Source: a virus (taxonomy: Duplodnaviria > Caudoviricetes). From it: a stretch of 64,000 bases of DNA. How positions within the stretch are numbered: position 1 is the first letter of the stretch; every line of letters begins with the position of its first letter. Shown here piece after piece: positions 20,120 through 28,949 of this stretch. A model generated the notes under the pieces. The model was not told where the DNA came from and did not search any database. It worked only from the letters and a program-made list of their open reading frames with translations. The position numbers and the translations under genes are program-made. The stretch spans positions 64,001 through 128,000 of the IMG/VR virus record IMGVR_UViG_3300031998_000003; one strand, 5' to 3'.

Positions 20120-20441
20120 GTTCTTCAGCCTCCTTTATCACCGCTGCTTTCCAGTGAAAATAGTCCTTCCATCCTGGACCAAATGCCACATCCATCAGCC
20201 GTTCAAACATCTTTGGATTATGTTCTGCTATTTCTCTGAGTGTGCTTTTCTCAGTAATAACAAACTCTTCTTTCCGCTTAACAGGTTTCGGTTTTTCAAC
20301 AGGTTCGATGATTATGCGAAACTTCTGACTCTTCGGAAATTTCTCCATGAATCGATACAGACGACCCTGAAGAGAATTGATAAATGACGGTTTGAAAATC
20401 GTCGTTTTGTCAATCGTTGCAATTTCAATACGTTTATCCAT
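20088..20441 (-). CDS. Hypothetical protein
   Basis: SD GGAGG. Confidence 0.6.
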   Translation of the reverse strand: MDKRIEIATIDKTTIFKPSFINSLQGRLYRFMEKFPKSQKFRIIIEPVEKPKPVKRKEEFVITEKSTLREIAEHNPKMFERLMDVAFGPGWKDYFHWKAAVIKEAEEHDSESIESNS

Positions 20442-20717
20442 TTAAACCTCCATTGGGACTTTTACAAAGATTTGTCCCGTGTTGAGATCTGTATATGGAA
20501 TCAGTGTCTCAATAAGTTGATCTGCTTCATCAAAGAATACAACACTAAGAGTCTTTTCGTCACAGTTCTTGATGAGACAATGATACCATGTTCGCGGTTT
20601 GATATTCCATGTTTCCGGAATATCTTTTACGAACGCAAGTGTGACATAATTGCGATAACAGAACTCTGCAAACCCAAGTGGTGCTTTAACCATCATTGTC
20701 TTCATCCTCCGATTCAA
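20442..20717 (-). CDS. Hypothetical protein, possible recurring beta-rich domain
   Basis: WYHCLI...LIPYTDLNTGQIFV. Confidence 0.55.
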   Translation of the reverse strand: MNRRMKTMMVKAPLGFAEFCYRNYVTLAFVKDIPETWNIKPRTWYHCLIKNCDEKTLSVVFFDEADQLIETLIPYTDLNTGQIFVKVPMEV

Positions 20718-21300
20718 ATGACTTAATTGTCACTGGACGATCAATAGTCGTTCTGAGGAAATCCCTACATGTTGTGAGCACAATATCCGTGAACAATTTT
20801 ATGTCCCCATCTGCGTCATGTTGGTTGATTGGATTCCCATCATAATCGTAAACATCCATTGCAAGTTTCCATTCACGATCCACAATATTGATTCTGACGA
20901 TAACATGCGTTTTGATTGGTTTAAATGATATGACGATGTTGAACCTGTCAGGGTCGTCAGCATTCTCTTGCAATGACAATGACGCGATTGTGCCATCATC
21001 GTTGAACCCAACATAGGTATCACCGTGTTCATCGGTGACATCATCTTTTACACTAGCAACCATACGGCAACCGTCGATCAGATTCCAGGTGTTACCCTCT
21101 GCACCAACCAGATCTCCAGTATGAACAATGAACAGCTCTCGCTTACCAGCGTCAGCCTCTTTGATGTTGTCAGCCAGGTCGAACATGATCTTATGATATA
21201 GCATGTTTGACAGTGAAAAACCTGTCGCAAAAGAATTGGTAGATTTCATTATTTCCTCCTTATTCCAATCCGCATAATACGAATTCTGTGATTCGAACAA
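20686..21300 (-). CDS. Hypothetical protein
   Basis: Likely start MKSTNS after SD AAGGAGG. Confidence 0.65.
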   Translation of the reverse strand: MFESQNSYYADWNKEEIMKSTNSFATGFSLSNMLYHKIMFDLADNIKEADAGKRELFIVHTGDLVGAEGNTWNLIDGCRMVASVKDDVTDEHGDTYVGFNDDGTIASLSLQENADDPDRFNIVISFKPIKTHVIVRINIVDREWKLAMDVYDYDGNPINQHDADGDIKLFTDIVLTTCRDFLRTTIDRPVTIKSFESEDEDNDG

Positions 21301-21671
21301 TCTTTTGATTTTTTGCCGTCAATCAACATATGGGGTTTGATACCAAAGATGCTTTTGTTCTCATCGGTGATACCAAGATGCTGTTGAACGGGAACAACCG
21401 AAGCATCGTTCGAACGTACAGATGTCACGAATCCTACACAGTTATGCATGTCAGGAATCATGTTGTCACTGGGTGTACGCATGACAGGAATACCTTTTCC
21501 ATGTGTCATGATTTCCTGAAACACCGCATCATTTTCAATATACTCAGTAAACATCCCGCTGTAAGTTTGTGATACTCGCAGCGGGATAGAATATGTTAAC
21601 TGAGCAATGTTTCCTTCACTCATTTGTTTTCCTTTCCGGAACAATACATTTCCGAATCCAAATTTTGTCAC
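21249..21671 (-). CDS. Hypothetical protein
   Basis: Likely start MSEGNI after SD GAAAGGA. Confidence 0.55.
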   Translation of the reverse strand: MTKFGFGNVLFRKGKQMSEGNIAQLTYSIPLRVSQTYSGMFTEYIENDAVFQEIMTHGKGIPVMRTPSDNMIPDMHNCVGFVTSVRSNDASVVPVQQHLGITDENKSIFGIKPHMLIDGKKSKDCSNHRIRIMRIGIRRK

Positions 21672-22317
21672 TCATCAGCTGTTCAATTGTGATCTTGTAA
21701 CCGGTCGAACCAAAGACATCACCGATAACCCAGATGCCGTCCGAAACGACTGAATCGATCATTGCATATGACTCAGTGCCCTTGATGTCTGGTAATGTAC
21801 CTTCGATCCACTCGATGAAAATCGGAGTTCCCTGTTTGAAATAATCCTCATCGACAACCAGTTTTGTCTGGAAAAGGATACCTTTGTATTGATCGGCATC
21901 TTTCGTGACACCTTTCACAATGTCTTTGAACCATTTCTCATTATCGAGATTTATGATTCGCAAACCTGATAGATTTCGGCATTTCTCCTCGAAGGCTCTT
22001 TCCATCGGTAACGTTACAGTTCCATCGATGTCAACAGATTTTTTGGTTAGATCGAGAAGTTCATCAGCTTCTTTTTTCATATCCATCATATATCGAGAGA
22101 ATGTCTCTTTATCGATTTTGGTGTTTGATGGAACATCCATGATGTCATATTGGAGTACGAGTCTGGTCGCACAACTCCAGCAAAGTGGTATTCCCATGAA
22201 GAGATGAATCTCATCGTCGGGCCACCAAGGTGAATGTGATTTCCGATGGCATCCACATACGAAACAATCATGTCGATTGATTGTCTTTGGATATGATAAT
22301 TCTTTCGGCATTGTCAA
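21616..22317 (-). CDS. Zn-finger plus recurring beta-rich domain protein
   Basis: CFVC...CWSC; DYFKQGTPIFI...ITIEQLMSDKIWI. Confidence 0.65.
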   Translation of the reverse strand: MTMPKELSYPKTINRHDCFVCGCHRKSHSPWWPDDEIHLFMGIPLCWSCATRLVLQYDIMDVPSNTKIDKETFSRYMMDMKKEADELLDLTKKSVDIDGTVTLPMERAFEEKCRNLSGLRIINLDNEKWFKDIVKGVTKDADQYKGILFQTKLVVDEDYFKQGTPIFIEWIEGTLPDIKGTESYAMIDSVVSDGIWVIGDVFGSTGYKITIEQLMSDKIWIRKCIVPERKTNE

Positions 22318-22805
22318 TCCTCCTCAATTGAATTATTCTTTGACGGTGTCCACCAGATATTGTACGCACGCAGAATCTCGATACCTATAGACAGCTTGCG
22401 ATATTCCCAATTGACTTGTGACGATCTGATATTGCTTCCAACAAGTTCATGAATTTTCTCATATAGTTCGTCACAGATTTTCTGGATTTGCTCAGGACTT
22501 CTTCCACGATAGAAATCATGAAGTTTCTCATCTTCAGCAGTGAATTTCTTCATCCGAAAATAGAAGTCCATATCAATCGGCTCTGTTGCTGATCCGTCAT
22601 AAAGTTTAATATGCTCGAGAAGTGTGTCACGATCAATGTCATCATTCGTAACGAATGAGACTTCTGTCCTAACAGGATTATCGAGCATTCCTGTCGATGA
22701 TTGGTTGATACACCAGAGTTCAATTTTCATTGTAGATCTCCTCCCATAATGATTTAAGATTCTGATACAGTTCCTCGGAAGGTTTGATAGGTTCCTGAGG
22801 AACAC
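22314..22805 (-). CDS. Hypothetical protein
   Basis: Likely start MKIELW after SD GGAGG. Confidence 0.6.
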   Translation of the reverse strand: MFLRNLSNLPRNCIRILNHYGRRSTMKIELWCINQSSTGMLDNPVRTEVSFVTNDDIDRDTLLEHIKLYDGSATEPIDMDFYFRMKKFTAEDEKLHDFYRGRSPEQIQKICDELYEKIHELVGSNIRSSQVNWEYRKLSIGIEILRAYNIWWTPSKNNSIEED

Positions 22806-23361
22806 TCAGTCGATATCCATGAAACGGATAATATGTTATTGTATCTCCGTCACGTTCGCATTTGGCCTGTGAACTGTCAATGTATTCCAATCGTTCATTG
22901 ACGCGTTCAATAGCGCGTTTGAATTCGTTGAGATATTGCGGATGGGTCATCTTGATATATACATCGTCAAAGCTTTTACAACCATAAAGCGTTTTGAATA
23001 TATCCAGGATCCATGTATCGACCTCTCGTGCTGCAGCATTTGAAGCTTCAATCAATTGACTTTCAAGTTCGTGAGCAATCCCATAAACATGCTCGGATGC
23101 TTCGAAAGCTTCCTTTGCAGCCTTGAAATCTTCTGCAGTAAATTTCGGAAGTTTTGAACGTACAAATGTAAAGTCGCCAATCTTGATGTCTGGTAATGTG
23201 GCATCGTCTTTCGGTTCGGCTGTTGACAAAGCTTTTTCCAGTTCTTCCATTTTAAGCAAGACAGCCTTGAAACCATTGCCTTTATACGGTCTTGAATGAA
23301 ACTCCATATCCGAAACAAAAAGTTTCAGATGTTGCCATGCGGATTCGTAATTAATTGGCAT
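22720..23361 (-). CDS. Hypothetical protein, first gene after putative early promoter
   Basis: Start reassigned to MPINYE after SD AAGGAGG. Confidence 0.65.
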   Translation of the reverse strand: MPINYESAWQHLKLFVSDMEFHSRPYKGNGFKAVLLKMEELEKALSTAEPKDDATLPDIKIGDFTFVRSKLPKFTAEDFKAAKEAFEASEHVYGIAHELESQLIEASNAAAREVDTWILDIFKTLYGCKSFDDVYIKMTHPQYLNEFKRAIERVNERLEYIDSSQAKCERDGDTITYYPFHGYRLSVPQEPIKPSEELYQNLKSLWEEIYNEN

Positions 23362-23408
23362 TTGATATTCCTCCTTGTTTTCACACAACACTGTGTGTTT
23401 TATCATGA

Positions 23409-23418
23409 TAATAATATA
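23409..23418 (-). promoter_or_regulatory. Putative early (virion RNAP) promoter TATATTATTA
   Basis: Same motif recurs just downstream of terminators at several operon heads. Confidence 0.6.
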
Positions 23419-23436
23419 TTCGTAAAGAAAAAAAGA

Positions 23437-23458
23437 ATCGCGGGGTAATCCCCGCGAT
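23437..23458 (-). terminator. Intrinsic terminator
   Basis: ATCGCGGGG-TAAT-CCCCGCGAT with A7 tract (U tract on minus strand). Confidence 0.8.
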
Positions 23459-23464
23459 CCCATA

Positions 23465-23893
23465 TTATAGATGCCAGCTGTCACCGGGCATGCCGAGATA
23501 CTCTTTCTCGATGTGATGAGCGATCTCGAGAGCTTCGTCGTCAGTGACATTACCAAATACCTTCCGAATATGATTCCAGCGGTCTTCAAAATATTTCTGA
23601 CAGATCTCATCGGTGGACTCCGGCATGAATGATGCATTAACCGTAACCTTGATACAGTAGTCAATACGTGAATGCATCACATCAATGAGAAACTTCATTT
23701 CAACATCAGTCACAAGAATATCCTGTTTATGAAGATCTATGCGGGCATCCTCACTGGTAGTACCCCATATTTCATGAGGCGTCTTGGGTCCTAAAACGAA
23801 TATCTCATGTGCCTTCATTGGAATATCCTGTTGACGATAAATCATGATGCTCCATTCGCGGGAGAAGGCTCGTCTGTACTCTTTAACGAACAT
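23465..23893 (-). CDS. Hypothetical protein
   Basis: ORF in packed operon. Confidence 0.55.
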   Translation of the reverse strand: MFVKEYRRAFSREWSIMIYRQQDIPMKAHEIFVLGPKTPHEIWGTTSEDARIDLHKQDILVTDVEMKFLIDVMHSRIDYCIKVTVNASFMPESTDEICQKYFEDRWNHIRKVFGNVTDDEALEIAHHIEKEYLGMPGDSWHL

Positions 23894-24126
23894 TCAGGAA
23901 TCTCCTTTCCGTCACGGCTAACGATAACGCCATCACCAGTGATCTTGAACGCAGTATCATTGTCGAGACCCATATGGGCCATATATTTGCACAATCCGTT
24001 CCAGTGTTCGGAATCATTGTGCAGAACATACAAAGCGCTACCACCCAGACCTAGTGCAAGCTGTACAAGAATCTTGAGTTTCGCGACTTCAGCTTCAAGC
24101 TGTTCAATCCGTTCTTTCTGGGTCAT
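23842..24126 (-). CDS. Hypothetical protein, paralog of neighbour's C-terminus
   Basis: ERIEQLEAE...FKITGDG vs ERLIALEQE...FKLTPEG. Confidence 0.65.
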   Translation of the reverse strand: MTQKERIEQLEAEVAKLKILVQLALGLGGSALYVLHNDSEHWNGLCKYMAHMGLDNDTAFKITGDGVIVSRDGKEIPECSLKSTDEPSPANGAS

Positions 24127-24625
24127 GATCGTTACCCTCCTTTGGTAAAATATCCAGGCCTTCAGGTGTCAGCTTAAAAGGAAAATCATCGACACCATGA
24201 TTACGTGCCCATTCCCAAATACTCTGATACCATTTCTTCAAGACTTTGTCAGATGGCACCATGCCACCGCCATGATATTGCGATAGTACCGGTAATGACT
24301 GATTAGTCAGTGCCAGTGTTAAGCTCACAACTTCCTTCAGTTGTTCAAGTTCTTCCCGAAGGACAACGTTCTCCTGTTCCAGAGCAATTAACCGTTCAGC
24401 GAATTCCGTCAATTGAATTCCCGGTTGACTAATCGGGACTTTGATACAACGGGCTTCATTTGTTGTGATGTTTTCTTTCCAATAGTTTGGATCATTTGGA
24501 TCATCACAGATTTTTTTAATTGTCACTGGTGTTGATGATGAGTCTGGAAACGGGGTATCCCGTTTGGTGGTATTGTTGAAATCGCAACCACCACCACTCA
24601 GACGGAATCCATCAATCTCAATCAT
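24104..24625 (-). CDS. Hypothetical protein
   Basis: SD AGGAGG; coiled coil. Confidence 0.65.
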   Translation of the reverse strand: MIEIDGFRLSGGGCDFNNTTKRDTPFPDSSSTPVTIKKICDDPNDPNYWKENITTNEARCIKVPISQPGIQLTEFAERLIALEQENVVLREELEQLKEVVSLTLALTNQSLPVLSQYHGGGMVPSDKVLKKWYQSIWEWARNHGVDDFPFKLTPEGLDILPKEGNDHDPERTD

Positions 24626-24687
24626 ACGATATCCCTCCTAAAAATGTTTGTATGGAATGGTGGGCCGAAGCCCACCATTCATATTTT

Positions 24688-25419
24688 TCAATCTTTTGAC
24701 TTCCGATTCATCAACGACTCAAAGTCAATTGTGAGGGAACGGGTGTCCATCATCATCTTGATCGCTTTCATTTTGATATTTAAGTAATCATGGAACGGAC
24801 GATGTTCAACAAGATACGTGATAGATGGAGAGACCGACATGTTTGATTTTTTGTAATACCGGGTTCTTCCATCATCCTCGTCTTCATATGCGGGAGGATC
24901 CCATATCGGCAAAGCTCTGTCAACGAGAATTCTTCTGACTTGCATTAGAATTTGTCCAAGACGGTTGTCACCGGTAAGCACAATTGTCTCGCTGTCTTTG
25001 ACCGGGACTTTAGTCGGAATAGCACCCCAGTACTTGTCACCCCAGGTATTTCCCTCAACCAGTCGCATTCCAGATGTCTCGATCAGCTGCCGTGTCAGAA
25101 GACTGTTCTGAGAGAACTTCTGATACACAACATACCACATGACGTCGAATTTGATTTCTTCCCAGTCTGAACGAAGCTTGACCTTACGACCCGCAGCCTT
25201 TGCTTCTTTCGGTCCCATCTTAGCAAACTTTGCACGGATCTTTGGATCGGTAGTTTTGTAGGACTGGAACATCGCTTCAGCAGAGGTGAATTCATTTCCT
25301 TCATAATCCCGAATTTTGCATTTGTGAAAATTCGAAAGGAAAGCGTATTCATCTCTGAAGCGATTTACACATCCCCGTGAGTTGCTTAACAGCTCCTCAA
25401 TCTGTTTGGTGTCATTCAT
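24688..25419 (-). CDS. NADAR (YbiA-like) family protein
   Basis: FLSNF, SAEAMFQSYK, LRSDWEEIK, KFSQN, LVEGNTWGDKYWG, GDNRLGQILMQVR. Confidence 0.92.
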   Translation of the reverse strand: MNDTKQIEELLSNSRGCVNRFRDEYAFLSNFHKCKIRDYEGNEFTSAEAMFQSYKTTDPKIRAKFAKMGPKEAKAAGRKVKLRSDWEEIKFDVMWYVVYQKFSQNSLLTRQLIETSGMRLVEGNTWGDKYWGAIPTKVPVKDSETIVLTGDNRLGQILMQVRRILVDRALPIWDPPAYEDEDDGRTRYYKKSNMSVSPSITYLVEHRPFHDYLNIKMKAIKMMMDTRSLTIDFESLMNRKSKD

Positions 25420-25431
25420 GACAATTCCTCC

Positions 25432-25659
25432 TTAAGATTTATTAGCAATCAAACGTGTGAGTTCGACTCCTGCCCATGATACAATGCTAACAATCAACAC
25501 GATTGTTCCGATGATTAGAATCCATTTTAGGATCTTATCACGTTTCACGTTCTGTATACGTTCTGCTTCAACTTCATGTTCAAGCTTTTCACGTATTTCA
25601 CGTTTCTTTTCGTCTTCAGGATCTTTTTCCCATGGAGGGATGTAACGATCTTCATTCAT
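25432..25659 (-). CDS. Small membrane protein
   Basis: MNEDRY start; C-terminal TM WILIIGTIVLIVSIVSWA. Confidence 0.6.
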   Translation of the reverse strand: MNEDRYIPPWEKDPEDEKKREIREKLEHEVEAERIQNVKRDKILKWILIIGTIVLIVSIVSWAGVELTRLIANKS

Positions 25660-26716
25660 CTTTTTTGACCTCCTTGTTGATCTGCGCTTCATATTCAGCC
25701 AGCTGATCATGTGCGTCCATACCATATTTGTCTTTGATGTATGAATCTAATAGAGAAACCGGAGCGACCGCTTCCATTTGTGCATCCATGACATCATCCA
25801 CTGTTAACTGCAGATCATCTTCATCAACAGTTTCAGTCAACTTGAATTTTAGGTTCGGGTCTGATCTGTTTGTATTGATTATACCACGATATGTTTCCAT
25901 ATCCTTTGGAGCAGCTTCGATAATGAATCGTCGAGGATGATCACATTCTTGTGCTGTGATTTCTCGCAATTCTTCTGGGTTATGAATCTCAACCGTCTCA
26001 TATTCAAGAGCGAGTGGATTCGGTTTCGTGAAGACTTTGAAGTTGTCGTCACAGAAGAAGAATACACGAGGTTCATCCTCACCATATTTCCACCGCAACC
26101 ATGGTCCTGTGTAATATACACCATTTCCGAAATCAGTGTATCCGTGATAATGACCGAACACACATAACTTTGAGATGCTACCAAGCTGCTCCACAGAATG
26201 TATGATCTCATAATTAGCTGCTTTGCATGGACTCTTCGTCTTGGAAGCCATCGGTCCATGACCAACAATCAGATCATACTTCTTATTGAGAAGCTCATCA
26301 TAGTTGTTCGTATATTCCTGTGGAAGGAACAATGCTTTGATACCACTTCCGATGATTGTTCCTTCACAGGCTTTATTGATCAACCAGACTTTTGCATTCG
26401 GAAGTTTATCGAGTGCTTGTGTGAAGATCTCATATTGGGATTGGTCATGGGAATCCGTACCGTGAATGAAATATACCGGTACATGCTCCATACCATTCTT
26501 TCCACAGAAATTACACACAAGATTCACCATGAAGAACATTGCGAATTTAGCATCTTCCACAGAAAGTCTACCATCAAACAAATCACCACAGACAAAAATC
26601 GCATGACACGGTTCTTTACACTCTTTGATGGTTTCAAGAAACATGTATAAAGAATCCATGAATTGTGATTTGGGTAATTTCACACCTATATGAATATCCG
26701 CCATAAATGCATACAT
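25652..26716 (-). CDS. SbcD/Mre11-like DNA repair nuclease
   Basis: ADIHIG, CGDLFD, HGTDSHD, GHG, FGHYH metallophosphoesterase motifs; 354 aa. Confidence 0.85.
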   Translation of the reverse strand: MYAFMADIHIGVKLPKSQFMDSLYMFLETIKECKEPCHAIFVCGDLFDGRLSVEDAKFAMFFMVNLVCNFCGKNGMEHVPVYFIHGTDSHDQSQYEIFTQALDKLPNAKVWLINKACEGTIIGSGIKALFLPQEYTNNYDELLNKKYDLIVGHGPMASKTKSPCKAANYEIIHSVEQLGSISKLCVFGHYHGYTDFGNGVYYTGPWLRWKYGEDEPRVFFFCDDNFKVFTKPNPLALEYETVEIHNPEELREITAQECDHPRRFIIEAAPKDMETYRGIINTNRSDPNLKFKLTETVDEDDLQLTVDDVMDAQMEAVAPVSLLDSYIKDKYGMDAHDQLAEYEAQINKEVKKDE

Positions 26717-27078
26717 TAATCAGCCACCGCCCTAGTTATGATAGATTGATCCATTCTTGATCCAAAGATATATCTGTCTGCCAGCATGAATGGTAACAGC
26801 AACATGTTATAGTTGACATTGATAATCCAGTCAACTCTTTTCAAAACATATTGTTCACCATCGATCTTTTCAAACACATACGTCCCGATCATATTCGGAA
26901 AACCCTGACAGTCGATCATGTACACATCGTATATATGTCCTGCATTCAACTTATGTACGATTTCACCATTCTCTTTGATAGTTCCGTCAGTTCCGTTTTC
27001 ACTCAGAATGAATTCAATCGAACGGTTCATTTGCATATAATTTGCAAAATTTATTTGTGACATGGTTATCACCCCCAA
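26716..27078 (-). CDS. Hypothetical protein
   Basis: ORF in packed operon. Confidence 0.55.
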   Translation of the reverse strand: MGVITMSQINFANYMQMNRSIEFILSENGTDGTIKENGEIVHKLNAGHIYDVYMIDCQGFPNMIGTYVFEKIDGEQYVLKRVDWIINVNYNMLLLPFMLADRYIFGSRMDQSIITRAVAD

Positions 27079-27464
27079 TAATATTTAGCACTTGCGGATA
27101 GATCTCCTTTGTATGAATCCGCGAGTTTTTGTTTCGGAGGCTTATGTTGTTCCTTCATTAGGTCTTCATATAATCGTTGAATTTTATATTGCACACATAC
27201 CTCATGTTCAACTTTACAACCAGCAGATTTTTGCCATCCTGTTGCGAATACGCATACCGTTGCATCACGCATCATTGCAATGCTATCACCTAACATTGCA
27301 ATTCGTCCACGACCGACGATTTCTTCAGACTTCGTGAAAGAATCAATGACATCAATATCCTGACCAGTATACCAGTCTCTAACTTTCTGGATAATCTCAT
27401 TTCTTCTTTGCAGAATCTGCTCGTCAGTCAATCCAGCCATTGGCTGAGAGATGAATACTTTCAT
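27069..27464 (-). CDS. DUF4406 / nucleoside deoxyribosyltransferase-like protein
   Basis: KVFISQPMAG...GWQKSAGCKVEH. Confidence 0.75.
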   Translation of the reverse strand: MKVFISQPMAGLTDEQILQRRNEIIQKVRDWYTGQDIDVIDSFTKSEEIVGRGRIAMLGDSIAMMRDATVCVFATGWQKSAGCKVEHEVCVQYKIQRLYEDLMKEQHKPPKQKLADSYKGDLSASAKYYWG

Positions 27465-27817
27465 ATTATACCTCCATACACTTCATTATATTGCAAGAAC
27501 CATAAGGCTCTCTTTTGTGTTTCGTTCGCTTTTCCGGTGTACCCATTTTCCCATACGGATATACATCCGGTTTTATCACATAGCCACTCATTCGGATCCA
27601 TACCCGAATAATCTTTCGTATATTCTTCGAAGATCTGATCCATCGATTTACCATAGATTGAAGCGAGTTTCGTCATATGGGATGGAACTGCGTATTCAAC
27701 TGTTCCGTCTGGACGGATGATCACTTCGAGATAGTGAATGAATGTCTTTTTATGGACTCTGACATCGAACGGAGAATGAAGAACTTTTTGCTGTTCCTCA
27801 TAAGATGGTAATTCCAT
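27461..27817 (-). CDS. Hypothetical protein
   Basis: YLEVIIRPDGTVEYAVPSH; SD GAGGTG. Confidence 0.65.
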   Translation of the reverse strand: MELPSYEEQQKVLHSPFDVRVHKKTFIHYLEVIIRPDGTVEYAVPSHMTKLASIYGKSMDQIFEEYTKDYSGMDPNEWLCDKTGCISVWENGYTGKANETQKRALWFLQYNEVYGGII

Positions 27818-27865
27818 AATATCACCTCAAAACATTGTATAGCGGGGTTTCCCCCGCTATACTAT

Positions 27866-28153
27866 TTATTTCGACTCTTCATACATTTTCTTGGTAGCAA
27901 GACCGCCACGAATATGTTTCACAGACCAGTTATAGTCAAGCTGTTTCAGCAGCTTTTTGTACTTACGTTTTCCACCACCTTTTACAAATGGAAAATATTC
28001 GTGGATGAAAACATGTAAGGTTGATTTTGATAGTCCATATACATGTGCCGCTTGACGAATCGTACATTTCGTCCGAATGATAAACTCACATGCATTGATG
28101 AAACTATCCATGTATTTGTTGATGACGCTGTATCGAGGGCCCATTTGTATCAC
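27866..28153 (-). CDS. spoIIID: SpoIIID-like sporulation transcription regulator
   Basis: TIRQAAHVYGLSKSTLH HTH and C-terminal KHIRGGLATKKMY match SpoIIID (GVSKSTVH...RHLRGGEATKLKY). Confidence 0.85.
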   Translation of the reverse strand: MIQMGPRYSVINKYMDSFINACEFIIRTKCTIRQAAHVYGLSKSTLHVFIHEYFPFVKGGGKRKYKKLLKQLDYNWSVKHIRGGLATKKMYEESK

Positions 28154-28156
28154 TCC

Positions 28157-28843
28157 TTAGTCTGGATATGGATCTACATAACACTCTTGTTCGAATTTAT
28201 CCGGACACACCTTGACGGTTTTTGCATATGCTGGCTGTGCTTTGATTACCATATTGAGATCGATTGGGGTCTTACGTCCACCAACCGCAGCAACATCAAT
28301 CTGATTTGTATAAGGGCACCAATATGTTTTATATCCATGAATGTGTCCGTGAATATTCAAACGGTTATTGTTTTCTTGTGGCATGTGAGAGAATAAAATA
28401 TTATCGTATATGAATTTCGGAGTGATGTACTTGAATCCGATTGATGTGTAATAGTCATCCGGGTACAGATCATTGTTTCCGCGAACCAATACCTTTTTAC
28501 CTTTCAATTGACTGATTACATCCGCAAGTTCTTTCTTACGTTCAACCTCTCCGTCTGTCAAATCACCAAGATTGATAACCAGATCATCGTCGGTTACAAT
28601 GTCATTATATCGGTTGATGATTTGTTTGAAATCGGAACGTTGTGTCTTCTGTTTTGTTTTCTTGTCATACATCCAAAGATGCCAGTCCGTGCACAAGTAA
28701 ACCTTGTGACCTTTGTTCAGTGTTGAACGAATCAACGCTACAATCGGTGAAGATTCTTTTGTCTTCGACTCTTTAATCTCCTTACCGATCTCCTCTTCAT
28801 GACGTCTGGAATACTCCATCATCACCCTATCAAATTTGTCCAT
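28157..28843 (-). CDS. Calcineurin-like metallophosphoesterase
   Basis: TDWH, NLGDL, RGNND, FSHMP, IHGHIH. Confidence 0.85.
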   Translation of the reverse strand: MDKFDRVMMEYSRRHEEEIGKEIKESKTKESSPIVALIRSTLNKGHKVYLCTDWHLWMYDKKTKQKTQRSDFKQIINRYNDIVTDDDLVINLGDLTDGEVERKKELADVISQLKGKKVLVRGNNDLYPDDYYTSIGFKYITPKFIYDNILFSHMPQENNNRLNIHGHIHGYKTYWCPYTNQIDVAAVGGRKTPIDLNMVIKAQPAYAKTVKVCPDKFEQECYVDPYPD

Positions 28844-28868
28844 ACATGTTCTCCTTTCCGGGATTAGT

Positions 28869-28880
28869 TATGAAATCGTT
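28869..28880 (-). promoter_or_regulatory. Putative late promoter AAC-N7-TA
   Basis: AACGATTTCATA on minus strand; near-identical leader to the 38955 gene. Confidence 0.5.
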
Positions 28881-28898
28881 TTTCCACTAATCTCGGAA

Positions 28899-28908
28899 TA
28901 ATGATATA
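28899..28908 (-). promoter_or_regulatory. Putative early promoter TATATCATTA
   Basis: Recurring motif just downstream of terminator 28924-28947. Confidence 0.55.
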
Positions 28909-28949
28909 TCGGTGTAAGAAAAAACATGGGGGCATATGCCCCCATGTAA

